Below are positions 18,299 to 28,022 of a stretch of 64,000 bases of DNA, one piece after another. The notes beneath the pieces are model-generated. The model was not told the DNA's origin. It saw nothing but the letters and a program-made list of their open reading frames with translations, and ran no database searches. The DNA lies in NCBI GenBank assembly GCA_964291675.2, contig OZ219866.1, positions 1,760,001 to 1,824,000 of the forward strand, written 5' to 3'. Every line of letters begins with the position of its first letter. Position 1 is the first letter of the stretch. The DNA comes from Alphaproteobacteria bacterium (GTDB lineage Bacteria > Pseudomonadota > Alphaproteobacteria > MPNO01). A program made the position numbers and the translations under genes.

Positions 18299-21200
18299 AT
18301 GAACCTGATCCGCCTCGCCATCGAGCGGCCCATGGCGATCGTCGCCATGGTGCTGATGATCGTCCTGTTCGGCTATGTGGCGCTGCAGCGCATCCCGATC
18401 CAGATGGCGCCCGACGTGCGTCAGCCGGTGCTGATCGTCACCACCAACTGGCGCGGCGCGGCGCCGGCGGAGGTCGAGCGCGAGATCGTGATCCCGCAGG
18501 AGGACGAGCTCAAGCGGCTCGAAGGGGTCCAGCGCGTGCTCTCCGAGGCGAGCCACGGGCGCGGCAAGATCACGCTCGAGTTCTCCCCCGGGGTCAATTT
18601 CGACCGCATGCTGCTGCTGGTCTCCAACCGGCTCGACCGGGTGAACACCTATCCCGAGGAGGCCGAGGAGCCGACGCTCGGGACCTCCGGGACCGAGGAC
18701 AACGCCATCGCCTGGTTCGTGTTCAGCCGGGCCGAGGGCAACGACACGCCGATGCTCGAATACGGCGACTTCCTGCGCGACGTGGTGCAGGAGCGCCTGG
18801 AGCGCGTGCCGGGCGTCGGCGGGGTGAACATCTTCGGCGAGACCGAACGCGAGATGCAGATCGTCATCGACCCCGAGCGGCTGGCGCGATACCGGCTCAC
18901 CGTGGGTCAGGTCATCGCCCGGCTGCGCGCCGCCAACGCCTCGATCACCGGCGGCGACATCGACGAAGGCAAGCGCCGCTACACGGTGCGAACCGAGGGC
19001 GATTTCGCGACCCAGGGCGAGGTCGAGGCGGTCGTGCTCCGCTCCAACGCGCGCGGCGCCGGGCTCGGCCGGGTGACGGTGGGGGACATCGCGACCGTCA
19101 CGCTCGCCTACAAGGAGGCGCGCGCGCGGATGTCGTCCAACGGCGTCCCGGCGCTCGCCCTCAACCTGACCCGCGAGCAGGGCGCCAACGTGATCGAGAC
19201 CATGCGGCTGGCCCAGGAGACGATGGCCGGGCTGCGCGACGGCCCGATCAGGGAGGCGGGCCTCAAGGTGCGTCAGGTCTATGACGAGACCGACTACATC
19301 AACTCCTCGATCGCGCTGGTCATGCAGAACATCTATTTCGGCGGCGTGCTGGCGATCGTGATCCTGCTGCTGTTCCTGCGGTCGTGGCGCCCGACCGTGG
19401 TGATCGCCTTCGCCATCCCGGTCTCCGTGGTCGGGTCCTTCGTCGCCATGGCGCTGCTCGGGCGGTCGCTCAACGTGATCAGCCTCGCCGGCATCGCTTT
19501 CGCCGTCGGCATGGTGGTCGATGCCGCGATCGTCGTGCTGGAGAACATCTACCGCCTGCGCCAGGGCGGCATGAGCCGCACCGAGGCCGCCTATCACGGG
19601 ACCGCCCAGGTCTGGCCGGCGGTGCTGGTATCGGCGCTGACCACGGTAATGGTGTTCATCCCGATCCTGATCATGGATCTCGAGGTCGGCCAGCTGTTCC
19701 GCGACATCGCGGTGGCGATCTCGGTGTCGGTGCTGCTGTCGCTGCTGGTCTCCGTGACCCTGATCCCGGCGCTCTCCAACCGGGTGCTGGCCGGCCGCGT
19801 CCCCACGCTGAACGCGATGCCGCGCATCTTCGGCGTCGACTGGCTGGCGCGCGGCTTCGGCTCCTTCTGGCGGTATTTCGCGCGCGTCGTCGTGCGCTCG
19901 AAGGTGCTGGCGCTGCTCGTGGTCGCGGCGATCACCGCGGCGGCGACGGTCTTCGCGATCGCCTTCCTGCCCAAGCTCGACTACCTGCCGATCGGCAACC
20001 GCAATTTCGTCATCGGCTTCGTGCTCCCGCCCGCGGGCTACAATCTCGACACCACCGAAGCCATCGCCCGCGGCGTCCAGGAGAAGACCAAGAAGCACTG
20101 GTCCGACGCGGCGCTCGCCGAGAGCGGGGGCGGCCACCCGCCGGGTACCGACGATGCGCAGAAGATGATCGACCGGTTCTTCTTCGTCGCGCTCAGGGGG
20201 CGCGCCTTCATCGCCGCGCGCCATGTCGACGACCAGAAGGCGCCCGAGCTGGTCCCCATCCTGCAGACGCCGGCCCGGGAAGAGCCCGGAACCTTCGGGT
20301 TCGTCTTTCAGCCGTCCCTGTTCGGCCGCTCCATCGGCAGCGGCCGGTCGATCGACATCGACATCTCGGGCCCCGACCTGGAGACCATCTTCGCGACCGG
20401 GCGGCAGGTGTTCTTCCGCACCATGGGGGCGCTGTCCCCGCGCGACGGCCACCGCACCCGGCCGCGGCCCGCGCTCACCCTGGGCGAGCCCGAAGTCCGG
20501 GTGCTTCCCGACCGGGTCAAGCTCGCCGATAACGGGCTGTCGGCGCGCGACCTCGCCCAGGCCGTCGATGCGTTCAACGACGGGGTTCGGATCGCCGAGA
20601 TCAACGTCGACGGCAAGCGGATCGACCTCACCCTCAAGGGTCCCGCGCGGGAGCAGGAATCGACCCAGTCGATCGGCGTTCTTCCGGTGGTCACGACGGA
20701 CGGGCGGATACTGCCGGTGCAGAGCCTGTCCGAGGTGGGCGTGACCGCGGGGCCCACCCAGATCCGGCGGATCGACCGCGTGAGAACGGTGACGATGTCG
20801 GTCTCGCCAGCCCGCGTGATGCCGCTCCAGGCCGCGATGGACAAGATCAGGTCCGATGTGATCGAGCCGCTTCGCGAGAGCGGCCTGCCCGAGGGCGTGC
20901 ATATCCGCATGTCCGGCTCGGCCGACAAGCTGACGCTGACCTGGAACGAGATCGTGCTCGACCTCGCGCTCGCCGTGATCATCGTCTATTTGGTGATGGC
21001 GGTGCTGTTCGAGAGCTTCGTCTACCCCCTGATCGTCCTGTTGTCCGTGCCGATCGCCGCGGCCGGCGGGCTCGCCGGCCTGTCGGCGCTCAACACCTAT
21101 GTCAACCAGCCGCTCGACATGCTGACCATGCTGGGCTTCGTCATATTGGTGGGGATCGTGGTCAACAACGCGATTCTGCTGGTCCACCAGACGCTCCACC

Positions 21201-21505
21201 ACATCCGTCGCGAGGGCATGACGGCGGGCGATGCGATCGAGGCGGCGACCGAGAACCGCATCCGGCCGATCTTCATGTCGACCCTGACCTCGGTGTTCGG
21301 CATGCTGCCGCTGGTGGTGTTCCCCGGCGCCGGCTCGGAGCTCTATCGCGGGCTCGGATCGGTGGTGCTCGGCGGGCTGTCGCTGTCCGCCGTTCTCACC
21401 ATGGCGGTGGTCCCGCCGATGATGTCGATCACGGTCGGGATCATCGAGCGCCGGGCCGGGAAGAAGGCCGAGGTGCCGCGAGCCGACGTCGCCCCGGCCG
21501 AGTAA
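18299..21505 (+). CDS. RND efflux permease (AcrB/AcrD/AcrF family)
   Basis: AIERP, GAAPAEVE, LERVPGVG, LNVISLAGIAFAVGMVVDAAIVVLEN, LFESFVYP, GIVVNNAILLV, RIRPIFMSTLT. Confidence 0.95.
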   Translation: MNLIRLAIERPMAIVAMVLMIVLFGYVALQRIPIQMAPDVRQPVLIVTTNWRGAAPAEVEREIVIPQEDELKRLEGVQRVLSEASHGRGKITLEFSPGVNFDRMLLLVSNRLDRVNTYPEEAEEPTLGTSGTEDNAIAWFVFSRAEGNDTPMLEYGDFLRDVVQERLERVPGVGGVNIFGETEREMQIVIDPERLARYRLTVGQVIARLRAANASITGGDIDEGKRRYTVRTEGDFATQGEVEAVVLRSNARGAGLGRVTVGDIATVTLAYKEARARMSSNGVPALALNLTREQGANVIETMRLAQETMAGLRDGPIREAGLKVRQVYDETDYINSSIALVMQNIYFGGVLAIVILLLFLRSWRPTVVIAFAIPVSVVGSFVAMALLGRSLNVISLAGIAFAVGMVVDAAIVVLENIYRLRQGGMSRTEAAYHGTAQVWPAVLVSALTTVMVFIPILIMDLEVGQLFRDIAVAISVSVLLSLLVSVTLIPALSNRVLAGRVPTLNAMPRIFGVDWLARGFGSFWRYFARVVVRSKVLALLVVAAITAAATVFAIAFLPKLDYLPIGNRNFVIGFVLPPAGYNLDTTEAIARGVQEKTKKHWSDAALAESGGGHPPGTDDAQKMIDRFFFVALRGRAFIAARHVDDQKAPELVPILQTPAREEPGTFGFVFQPSLFGRSIGSGRSIDIDISGPDLETIFATGRQVFFRTMGALSPRDGHRTRPRPALTLGEPEVRVLPDRVKLADNGLSARDLAQAVDAFNDGVRIAEINVDGKRIDLTLKGPAREQESTQSIGVLPVVTTDGRILPVQSLSEVGVTAGPTQIRRIDRVRTVTMSVSPARVMPLQAAMDKIRSDVIEPLRESGLPEGVHIRMSGSADKLTLTWNEIVLDLALAVIIVYLVMAVLFESFVYPLIVLLSVPIAAAGGLAGLSALNTYVNQPLDMLTMLGFVILVGIVVNNAILLVHQTLHHIRREGMTAGDAIEAATENRIRPIFMSTLTSVFGMLPLVVFPGAGSELYRGLGSVVLGGLSLSAVLTMAVVPPMMSITVGIIERRAGKKAEVPRADVAPAE

Positions 21506-21510
21506 GCCGC

Positions 21511-21540
21511 TTGGCGGCCTGCCGGGCTCGCCGCTATAGT
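21511..21540 (+). promoter_or_regulatory. Putative sigma70 promoter of the amidohydrolase gene
   Basis: TTGGCG-N18-TATAGT (GCTATAGT), followed by a GGAGG RBS. Confidence 0.45.
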
Positions 21541-21587
21541 GCGCGCCGAGCACCGCCATCGAACCCCATCTGCGGAGGCCGCAGCGC

Positions 21588-22805
21588 ATGACCAGCCAGA
21601 CACGCGCCCTCGACGAGATCACCGTCCGGACGGATACCCGGGACATCCTCGCGCATGCTTCGCGCGAGCGCAAAAAGCACCGCTTCGACGAGATGCTGAT
21701 CATCGACGTCGACGCCCATGTGACGGAGACGGCGTTCTGGGGCGAAGTCGTCGACCGCATCGACAGCGACGTCTACCGGCACATGGCGGCATCGTTCCGC
21801 GACCGTACCGGCTCGCCGCCCGGGCTGCTCAACGCGGTGCCGGGGATGTCCTACCAGGACGTATATGGCCGCATCCCGCATCAACAGAGCCTGGCCGAAC
21901 CCGTCCACGACTCCGACATACACCGCCAGGTGGCGCTGACCCGCAGGGCCATGGACTCGATGGGCATCGACTACATGGTGGTGTTCCCGACCCCGATGCT
22001 GTCGCTCGGCACCCACCCGCAGGCCGATGTGGAGGTCGAGCTCGCCTGGGCCTTCAACCGCTGGCTGACCGAGGAGGTGCTGCCCCAGGAGCCCAGGATG
22101 AAGGGGCTCTTGTACCTGCCCTTCAACACGCCCGATGCCTGCCCGCGCTTCGTCGAGGAGTTCGGCGACAAGCCAGGGGCGATGGGGTTCACCGTCACCT
22201 CGACGCGCTTCCGCCCGGTGCATCACAACGCCTACATGCCGCTCTACGCCGCGCTCGAGGAGCGCGACCTGCCGCTCGCCTTCCATGCCGGGTTCAACTG
22301 GAACGACGGCTCGATGGCGCAGCTCAACCGCTTCCTCTCGATGCACGCGTTGAGCTTCGTCCACTGCAACCTGATCCACATGACCAACTGGGTGATCAAC
22401 GGCCTGCCGGTGCGCTTCCCCGGGCTGAAGGTGCTGTGGATCGAGAGCGGCATCGCCTGGCTGCCCTACCTGATGCAGCGGCTCGACTCGGAATACATGA
22501 TGCGTTCATCCGAAGCGCCGCTGCTGACCCGCAGGCCGAGCGAGTACATCAAGGACATGTACTTCTCCAGCCAGCCGCTCGAATCGCAGCACCCCAAGCT
22601 GATGGAGGCGACGTTCGAGGCGATCGACGCCGAGACCCAGCTGCTCTGGTGCTCCGACTGGCCGCACTGGGATTTCGACTCGCCGTCGGTGATCTGGGAC
22701 CTGCCGTTCCTCAACGAGCGGCAGAAGCGGAGGATCATGGGCGAGAACGCGGCCGAGCTGTTCGGCCTCGACAACCCCTATCTCGCCCGCGCGGCCGCCG
22801 AGTAG
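21588..22805 (+). CDS. Amidohydrolase_2 family protein
   Basis: IIDVDAH, MGIDYMVVFPT, LPLAFHA, RFPGLKVLWIESG, CSDWPHWDFD, IMGENAAELF. Confidence 0.9.
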   Translation: MTSQTRALDEITVRTDTRDILAHASRERKKHRFDEMLIIDVDAHVTETAFWGEVVDRIDSDVYRHMAASFRDRTGSPPGLLNAVPGMSYQDVYGRIPHQQSLAEPVHDSDIHRQVALTRRAMDSMGIDYMVVFPTPMLSLGTHPQADVEVELAWAFNRWLTEEVLPQEPRMKGLLYLPFNTPDACPRFVEEFGDKPGAMGFTVTSTRFRPVHHNAYMPLYAALEERDLPLAFHAGFNWNDGSMAQLNRFLSMHALSFVHCNLIHMTNWVINGLPVRFPGLKVLWIESGIAWLPYLMQRLDSEYMMRSSEAPLLTRRPSEYIKDMYFSSQPLESQHPKLMEATFEAIDAETQLLWCSDWPHWDFDSPSVIWDLPFLNERQKRRIMGENAAELFGLDNPYLARAAAE

Positions 22806-22819
22806 GCGAAGCCGGGCGA

Positions 22820-23608
22820 CTACCCGCCCCCGGTCCGCCCGAGGAAGTCCTCCACCGCCGCGACGAAGGCGTCCGGCCGGTCGGCGTGCAGCCAGTGGCC
22901 CGCGCCCGGTATCCAGCGCCGTTCCGCGTTCGGAAAGTAGCGCCCGATCGCCGGCGCATGATCGGGCCTGAGATAGTCCGATGCGCCGCCGCCCAGCACC
23001 AGCACCGGCCCGTCGAACACCGCCGACGGCGGCAGGTCCGGGAAGTCCTGCAACGCCTGCCGGGCCGCGGCGATCGCCGCCAGGTTGAGACGCCAGACAT
23101 AGCGCCCGTCGCGCAACACCAGGTTCTGCAGCAGGAAGCCGCGCAGCGCCGCGTCCGGCACCGCCTCGGCGAGACGCGCATCGGCGTCGCCGCGTCTCTC
23201 GACGCCGTCGAGGTCGAGCGCCGTCAGCGCGTCCACCAGCGATGCGAAGCCGTGGCGGTAGCGCACCGGCGCGATGTCGACCACGATCAGGCGGCCGATC
23301 CGCTGCGGCGCGGCCAGCGCGGCCGCCATCGCCGCCTTGCCGCCCATGCTGTGGCCGATCAGGGTCGGGCGCGACAGCCCGTGCCTCGCGATATGGAAGA
23401 GCAGGTCCCCGGCCATGGCGGGATAGGTCATCTCGTCCGTCCAGGGCGAGGCGCCGTGATTGCGCATGTCGAGCGCGTGCACGCTGCGCCCGACGGCGAG
23501 CCGGCGGGCGATGGAGCTCCAGTTGCGGGCCGAGCCGAACAGGCCGTGCGCGACGACCGCCGACGGGCCCTCGCCGGAACGGGTGGCATTGAGCTCGACC
23601 GGCGGCAT
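22820..23608 (-). CDS. Alpha/beta hydrolase (YbfF/ABHD11-like esterase)
   Basis: HGLFGSARNW, DMRNHGAS, GHSMGGK, VVDIAP, AGHWLHAD. Confidence 0.92.
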   Translation of the reverse strand: MPPVELNATRSGEGPSAVVAHGLFGSARNWSSIARRLAVGRSVHALDMRNHGASPWTDEMTYPAMAGDLLFHIARHGLSRPTLIGHSMGGKAAMAAALAAPQRIGRLIVVDIAPVRYRHGFASLVDALTALDLDGVERRGDADARLAEAVPDAALRGFLLQNLVLRDGRYVWRLNLAAIAAARQALQDFPDLPPSAVFDGPVLVLGGGASDYLRPDHAPAIGRYFPNAERRWIPGAGHWLHADRPDAFVAAVEDFLGRTGGG

Positions 23609-24348
23609 CAGGGCGTCCCCGACCGGGCGCGGTCGCGCCCGGCTTCGTCGCGCAGGCGAGCCGCCTCCGTCTCGATGCTCTCGCGGAGCCGGTCCATGAA
23701 GGCTGCGCGGTCGAGCCCGGGCGGGATCGGGGGCAGCATCGCGACCGCGATCCGGCCGGGCCGCCTGGTGAACGCGCGCCGCGCCCAGTACTGCCCCGAG
23801 TTGAGCGCCACCGGCACCACCGGAAGCTCCAGCGCGGCATAGAGCGCCGCGACGCCCGGGCGGTAGGGAGGCGCCTCGCCCGGGGCGGTTCGCGTTCCCT
23901 CCGGGAAGACCACGACATCCCGCGCCTGCGCCACTCTCGTCCTCGCCATCCGCACCATGCGCCGCAGCGCGCCGGCACCGGCCCGGCGGTCGATCGGGAT
24001 CATCCCGAGGCGGAGCAGATACCACCCGACGAGCGGCAACCAGCCCAGCTCGCCCTTCATGACGATGGCGGGGTCGCGAAAGAGGCGCATCAGGACCAGC
24101 GTATCCCAGGCGGACTGATGTTTCATCGCGTAGATCGCCGGGCCCGCCGCGCGGTGCTCGCGACCGCGGACTTCGTATGTCAGCCCGACGATGCGGGCCA
24201 GCAGCCAGAACGTGCCGTCGATCCAGAGCCGTGCGACGACCAGCACGGCGGAACGGGGCAGCAGCAGAACCGGCAGGGTGAGGAGGCCGAGCCCCCCGGT
24301 CCAGGCGTAGAACGCCGCCTGGAAGCCGAGCGAGCGCAGCCATGTCAT
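23608..24348 (-). CDS. plsC: 1-acyl-sn-glycerol-3-phosphate acyltransferase
   Basis: KHQSAWDT (HxxxxD), IPIDR, FPEGTR, PVALNSG. Confidence 0.92.
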   Translation of the reverse strand: MTWLRSLGFQAAFYAWTGGLGLLTLPVLLLPRSAVLVVARLWIDGTFWLLARIVGLTYEVRGREHRAAGPAIYAMKHQSAWDTLVLMRLFRDPAIVMKGELGWLPLVGWYLLRLGMIPIDRRAGAGALRRMVRMARTRVAQARDVVVFPEGTRTAPGEAPPYRPGVAALYAALELPVVPVALNSGQYWARRAFTRRPGRIAVAMLPPIPPGLDRAAFMDRLRESIETEAARLRDEAGRDRARSGTP

Positions 24349-24938
24349 CCGCGTACCGCGCCGGGAGCGGAAAGACCGGCAAGCGCGGCGAGGTATTTGT
24401 GGAACTCGCTCGCCACCAGCAGCAGCGAGTTGCGCCCACACCACCAGCAGTCGCGCTTGAAGGCCTCCGGGAAGACCGGATGGGGAACGATCCTGATGTC
24501 CGGCAGGGCACGGCGGAACTCCAGCAGGCTGCGCGGCATGTGGTAGTTCGCGGTCACCAGAAGCAGCGACCGGCTGCCCACCGAGCGCATCCACTCGGCG
24601 GTCTCGCGCGCGTTGCCGGCGGTGTTGTCGGCCGCATAGCCGATGGCGATGCAGCACTCCACGTCGTCCGGCTTCCGCCGCGCCAATTGCAGCAACGCAT
24701 CCACGTCGATCCCGCGATAGACGCCCGAGACGAACAACCTCTTGCCGCGGCCCTCGGCGAGCAGCCGCAACCCCTCCGACAGCCGGCCCCTGCCGCCGGT
24801 GAGCACCACGATGGCGTCGGTCGCCTGTTCCCCTTCCGCCGGGCTGGCGGGAATCCGGTCCGCGTACCAGAGCAGCCCGGCAAACCACACGGCCAGGACC
24901 AGGACGGCGACGCCAAGCAGCCGGAGCAGCCACCGCAT
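24345..24938 (-). CDS. YdcF/ElyC (DUF218) family protein
   Basis: DAIVVLTGG..R, LFVSGV, NTAGNARET, VTANYHMPRS, SEFHK; typical position downstream of ftsX. Confidence 0.9.
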   Translation of the reverse strand: MRWLLRLLGVAVLVLAVWFAGLLWYADRIPASPAEGEQATDAIVVLTGGRGRLSEGLRLLAEGRGKRLFVSGVYRGIDVDALLQLARRKPDDVECCIAIGYAADNTAGNARETAEWMRSVGSRSLLLVTANYHMPRSLLEFRRALPDIRIVPHPVFPEAFKRDCWWCGRNSLLLVASEFHKYLAALAGLSAPGAVRG

Positions 24939-24993
24939 GGCAGAACGCTTCCCGCCACCCAACCGGTTGGGCCGGAAGAACACGGTTCCGCCG

Positions 24994-25881
24994 TCAACCC
25001 ACCCGCGACAGCGCACGCATGACCGTCAGCCGCGCGCTTGCCATGCCGAGCGCCGCCACGACGAGGGGCAGTCCGGCGAGCGCACCCCACTGCATCGGGG
25101 ACAACGTCATCTCCGGCAGCATCAGGGTGGTTCCGCCGGGCGCATACCGGCCGAGCAGGAACAACGTCGCCGCGGCGAGAGCGCAACCGACGATCCCGCC
25201 CTTGATCGCGAGATTGCGGGAATGGGCGACGAACTGGCGCGCGATACGTGTGTCCTGGGCGCCCACGAGCCGCATGATCCTGATCGCCTCGCCATGCGCC
25301 GCGAGCCCGGCCCGCGTGGCGAAGACCGCGGTCGCCACCGCGGTCAGGGCGAACAGGACGGTGAGCGCGGCGCCGAACGCCTGCAGGGCGCGCGTAAAGT
25401 GCAACACCTTCTCCAGCCACAGCCCGTGCTCGTCGATCCGGGTGCCCGGCACCGCGGCGTCGAGCGCGACCTCCAGAGCGACGATGTCGAGCTCGGCGCC
25501 GCGACGCAGTCGAACGTCGATCAGCGTCGGCAAAGGCAGGGCGTCGAGCCCGGGACCGGCCCCCAGCCAGGGTTCGAGCAGAGCGCGCGATTCCGCCTCG
25601 TCGATCGGCGCGGCGTCCTCGATCGCCGGCGTGGCGATGAGGAGTGCGACGGTTTCCGCAACGCGGTCTTGCGCGCCGTCCGCGCTCGCGGGGACCTGGA
25701 CGGAGATCCGACCGGCGAACGTGCCGCGCCAGCTTCGCTCGGCCGAGGCGATTGCCATCGTCGCCGCGAGCCCGAGGGCCGCGATGTAAACCGTCGCGGC
25801 GATGATCCAGGAGCCGTAACGGCTCGACGCGTCGCGTCCGAGCGGCAGGGCCCGACCCAGATGGCGGCGGCCGCCGGTCAT
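24994..25881 (-). CDS. ftsX: Cell division permease FtsX
   Basis: LLEPWLG, LPLPTLIDV, LVGAQD..IARQF; four TM segments; follows ftsE. Confidence 0.9.
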   Translation of the reverse strand: MTGGRRHLGRALPLGRDASSRYGSWIIAATVYIAALGLAATMAIASAERSWRGTFAGRISVQVPASADGAQDRVAETVALLIATPAIEDAAPIDEAESRALLEPWLGAGPGLDALPLPTLIDVRLRRGAELDIVALEVALDAAVPGTRIDEHGLWLEKVLHFTRALQAFGAALTVLFALTAVATAVFATRAGLAAHGEAIRIMRLVGAQDTRIARQFVAHSRNLAIKGGIVGCALAAATLFLLGRYAPGGTTLMLPEMTLSPMQWGALAGLPLVVAALGMASARLTVMRALSRVG

Positions 25882-26591
25882 CCCGGCCGCCGTGCGCCGC
25901 GAATACCCGCCATGGGACCGAGGCGGCGCATCTCGCCGCCGTCGAGCGCATATGCGGGGTGGCCGAACCGGTTGACCAGCGAATCGTTGTGGGTTGCCAC
26001 GAGGACGGTCGTTCCGACCTTGCTGAGCTCTTCCAGCAGATGTATCAGCCGAATCGCGGCGTTGTCGTCAACGCTCCCGGTCGGCTCGTCCGCAAGCAGC
26101 AGGTCGGGCCGGCCGATGACGGCCCGCGCGATGGCCACCCTTTGCTTCTGCCCGTCCGACAGGGCCGACGGCAGCTCGTCGAGATCCTGTCCCAGCCCCA
26201 CCCAGCGCAGGAGCTCCGTCACGTAATCGCGGATCTGGGCTTCCCTGGCGTTCGAGATGCGCAGCGGCAGCGCGACGTTCTCGGCCGCCGTCAGGTGTGC
26301 GATCAGCCCGAATTCCTGGGAAACCACGCCAATCCGCCGGCGCAGCGCCGGCCTCTGCTTGCGGCCGATCGCGGAGACGTCCCGGTCGAACAGATGCAGC
26401 GAGCCGCGGCTGGGTCGAACCGCGAGATAGAGCAGGCGCAGGAGCGACGTCTTCCCCGCCCCGCTCGCGCCGGTCAGGAAGTGGAAGGACCCGGCCTCCA
26501 GCGAGAGCGAAATGCCGCGCAGTACTTCCGGACCCGCCCCGTATTGCAGACCGACATTGTCCAGCCGGACGATCTCCGTCTCCACCGCCAC
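25878..26591 (-). CDS. ftsE: Cell division ATP-binding protein FtsE
   Basis: GSFHFLTGASGAGKTSLL, LRRRIGVV, ENVALPLR, LLADEPTG, VATH. Confidence 0.92.
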   Translation of the reverse strand: MAVETEIVRLDNVGLQYGAGPEVLRGISLSLEAGSFHFLTGASGAGKTSLLRLLYLAVRPSRGSLHLFDRDVSAIGRKQRPALRRRIGVVSQEFGLIAHLTAAENVALPLRISNAREAQIRDYVTELLRWVGLGQDLDELPSALSDGQKQRVAIARAVIGRPDLLLADEPTGSVDDNAAIRLIHLLEELSKVGTTVLVATHNDSLVNRFGHPAYALDGGEMRRLGPMAGIRGARRPG

Positions 26592-26658
26592 CGAGCCCTC
26601 CGCGGTTCGGCGGGCAAATTCGCATGAGCCACCGCAATGCGCAAACCCTGCGCTCGCC

Positions 26659-26687
26659 TTGCCTCCCTATCCGGCCAGCCCTATAAA
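26659..26687 (+). promoter_or_regulatory. Putative sigma70 promoter of zitP-hpt
   Basis: TTGCCT-N17-TATAAA (CTTG...CTATA alphaproteobacterial pattern). Confidence 0.55.
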
Positions 26688-26714
26688 CCGGCATCTCACA
26701 GCAGGCGGAACGAA

Positions 26715-27452
26715 ATGATACTTGCCTGCCTTAACTGTTCCGCCCGCTTTCTGGTGCCTGAGGGCGCGATCGGGGTGCGGGGCAGAGTCGTGCGCTGCGG
26801 ACGCTGCGACCATGTCTGGTTTGCGGCACCGCCGCCGGAACTCGTTCGACCCGCCGCCGATTCGGCCGGCGGGCAACCCGCGCCGTTTCCCGAACCCCCC
26901 GCCGCGGCCGAGGAGGCGTTGTCCGCACCGCCGTTGCGGGACCCGGACGAGCTGCGGATCGACGGGCCGCCCGCGCGGGCGCAGCTTCCGGTGCTCAGGC
27001 AGGAGCGAAGGCGTTGGCCTGGCCGCGTCGCATGGGCGGCGGTGGCGGCGATCGCGATCGCCCTCGTCGCGGGCGGCGCGTGGCGCTACCGCGCCGAGAT
27101 TGCCAAGACCTGGCCGTTCGCCGAGACCGTCTATTCCTCCGTCGGCGTCGACGCGCTGCCGCGCGGATTCGGCCTCGACCTGACCATCGAGAGCTCGGAA
27201 AACGCGATCAGGGAGGGCGCCCGGGTGCTTTCGATCACCGCCAGGATCGAGAACACGACGTCGCGGTCCCGCGGCGTGCCGGATATACGCGGCGCATTGT
27301 TCGACGAGAATGAACGAAAGTTGCGTCACTGGACAATCGCCGCTCCGGTGGCCGATCTCGCGCCCGACCGGGAGGTCGAGTTCAATACCGAAGTCATTGA
27401 CCCGCCGCCGGAGGCGGTGCGGATATCGATCGCTTTTGACGAACCAAGGTGA
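26715..27452 (+). CDS. zitP: MJ0042-type zinc-finger / DUF3426 bitopic protein (ZitP-like)
   Basis: MILACLNCSARF...GRVVRCGRCDHVWF, Pro-rich linker, TM helix, DUF3426-like C-terminus; divergent from ftsE. Confidence 0.8.
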   Translation: MILACLNCSARFLVPEGAIGVRGRVVRCGRCDHVWFAAPPPELVRPAADSAGGQPAPFPEPPAAAEEALSAPPLRDPDELRIDGPPARAQLPVLRQERRRWPGRVAWAAVAAIAIALVAGGAWRYRAEIAKTWPFAETVYSSVGVDALPRGFGLDLTIESSENAIREGARVLSITARIENTTSRSRGVPDIRGALFDENERKLRHWTIAAPVADLAPDREVEFNTEVIDPPPEAVRISIAFDEPR

Positions 27453-27453
27453 C

Positions 27454-27990
27454 ATGTCGGACCACAGACCTGCTATCGAAACGCTGATATCGGAAGAAGA
27501 CATTGCGGGCCGGGTGATCGGCCTGGCCGGGGAGATCGCCGGCTCCGCCGGCAAGAACCTTCTGATCGTCGTCATTCTCAAGGGCAGCTTCGTGTTCGCC
27601 GCCGACCTCATCCGCGCGCTCGAACGCGCCGGGGTCGAACCCCAGGTCGACTTCATGACCCTGTCGAGCTATGGCACGGGCACCGAGAGCTCCGGTTCGG
27701 TCGCCCTGGTGCGCGACATCTCCGAGGATGTGTCCGGTCGCGACGTGCTGATCGTCGACGACATTCTCGAATCGGGCCGCACGCTGGCCTTCGCCCGCGA
27801 CCTGATGCGGACGCGCGGCGCCTCGACCGTCCGCACCTGCCTGCTGCTCGACAAGGCAGGCAAGCGCGACGTGCCGATCGAGGCCGACTATTGCGGGTTC
27901 GAGATCGGCGATAGTTTCGTCGTGGGTTACGGGCTGGACTATGCGCACCATTATCGCGGGCTGCCCTATATCGGGGTCGTGCAGAGCTGA
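27454..27990 (+). CDS. hpt: Hypoxanthine phosphoribosyltransferase
   Basis: ILKGSFVFAADL, LSSYG, VLIVDDILESGRTL, FVVGYGLDY..YRGLPYIG. Confidence 0.96.
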   Translation: MSDHRPAIETLISEEDIAGRVIGLAGEIAGSAGKNLLIVVILKGSFVFAADLIRALERAGVEPQVDFMTLSSYGTGTESSGSVALVRDISEDVSGRDVLIVDDILESGRTLAFARDLMRTRGASTVRTCLLLDKAGKRDVPIEADYCGFEIGDSFVVGYGLDYAHHYRGLPYIGVVQS

Positions 27991-28022
27991 GCCAACCCGC
28001 CGCCCGCGGTGCCGATTCCGGG

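Noticed and set aside
18134-21760. 1208-aa minus-strand ORF
   Set aside because: Antisense shadow of the RND permease
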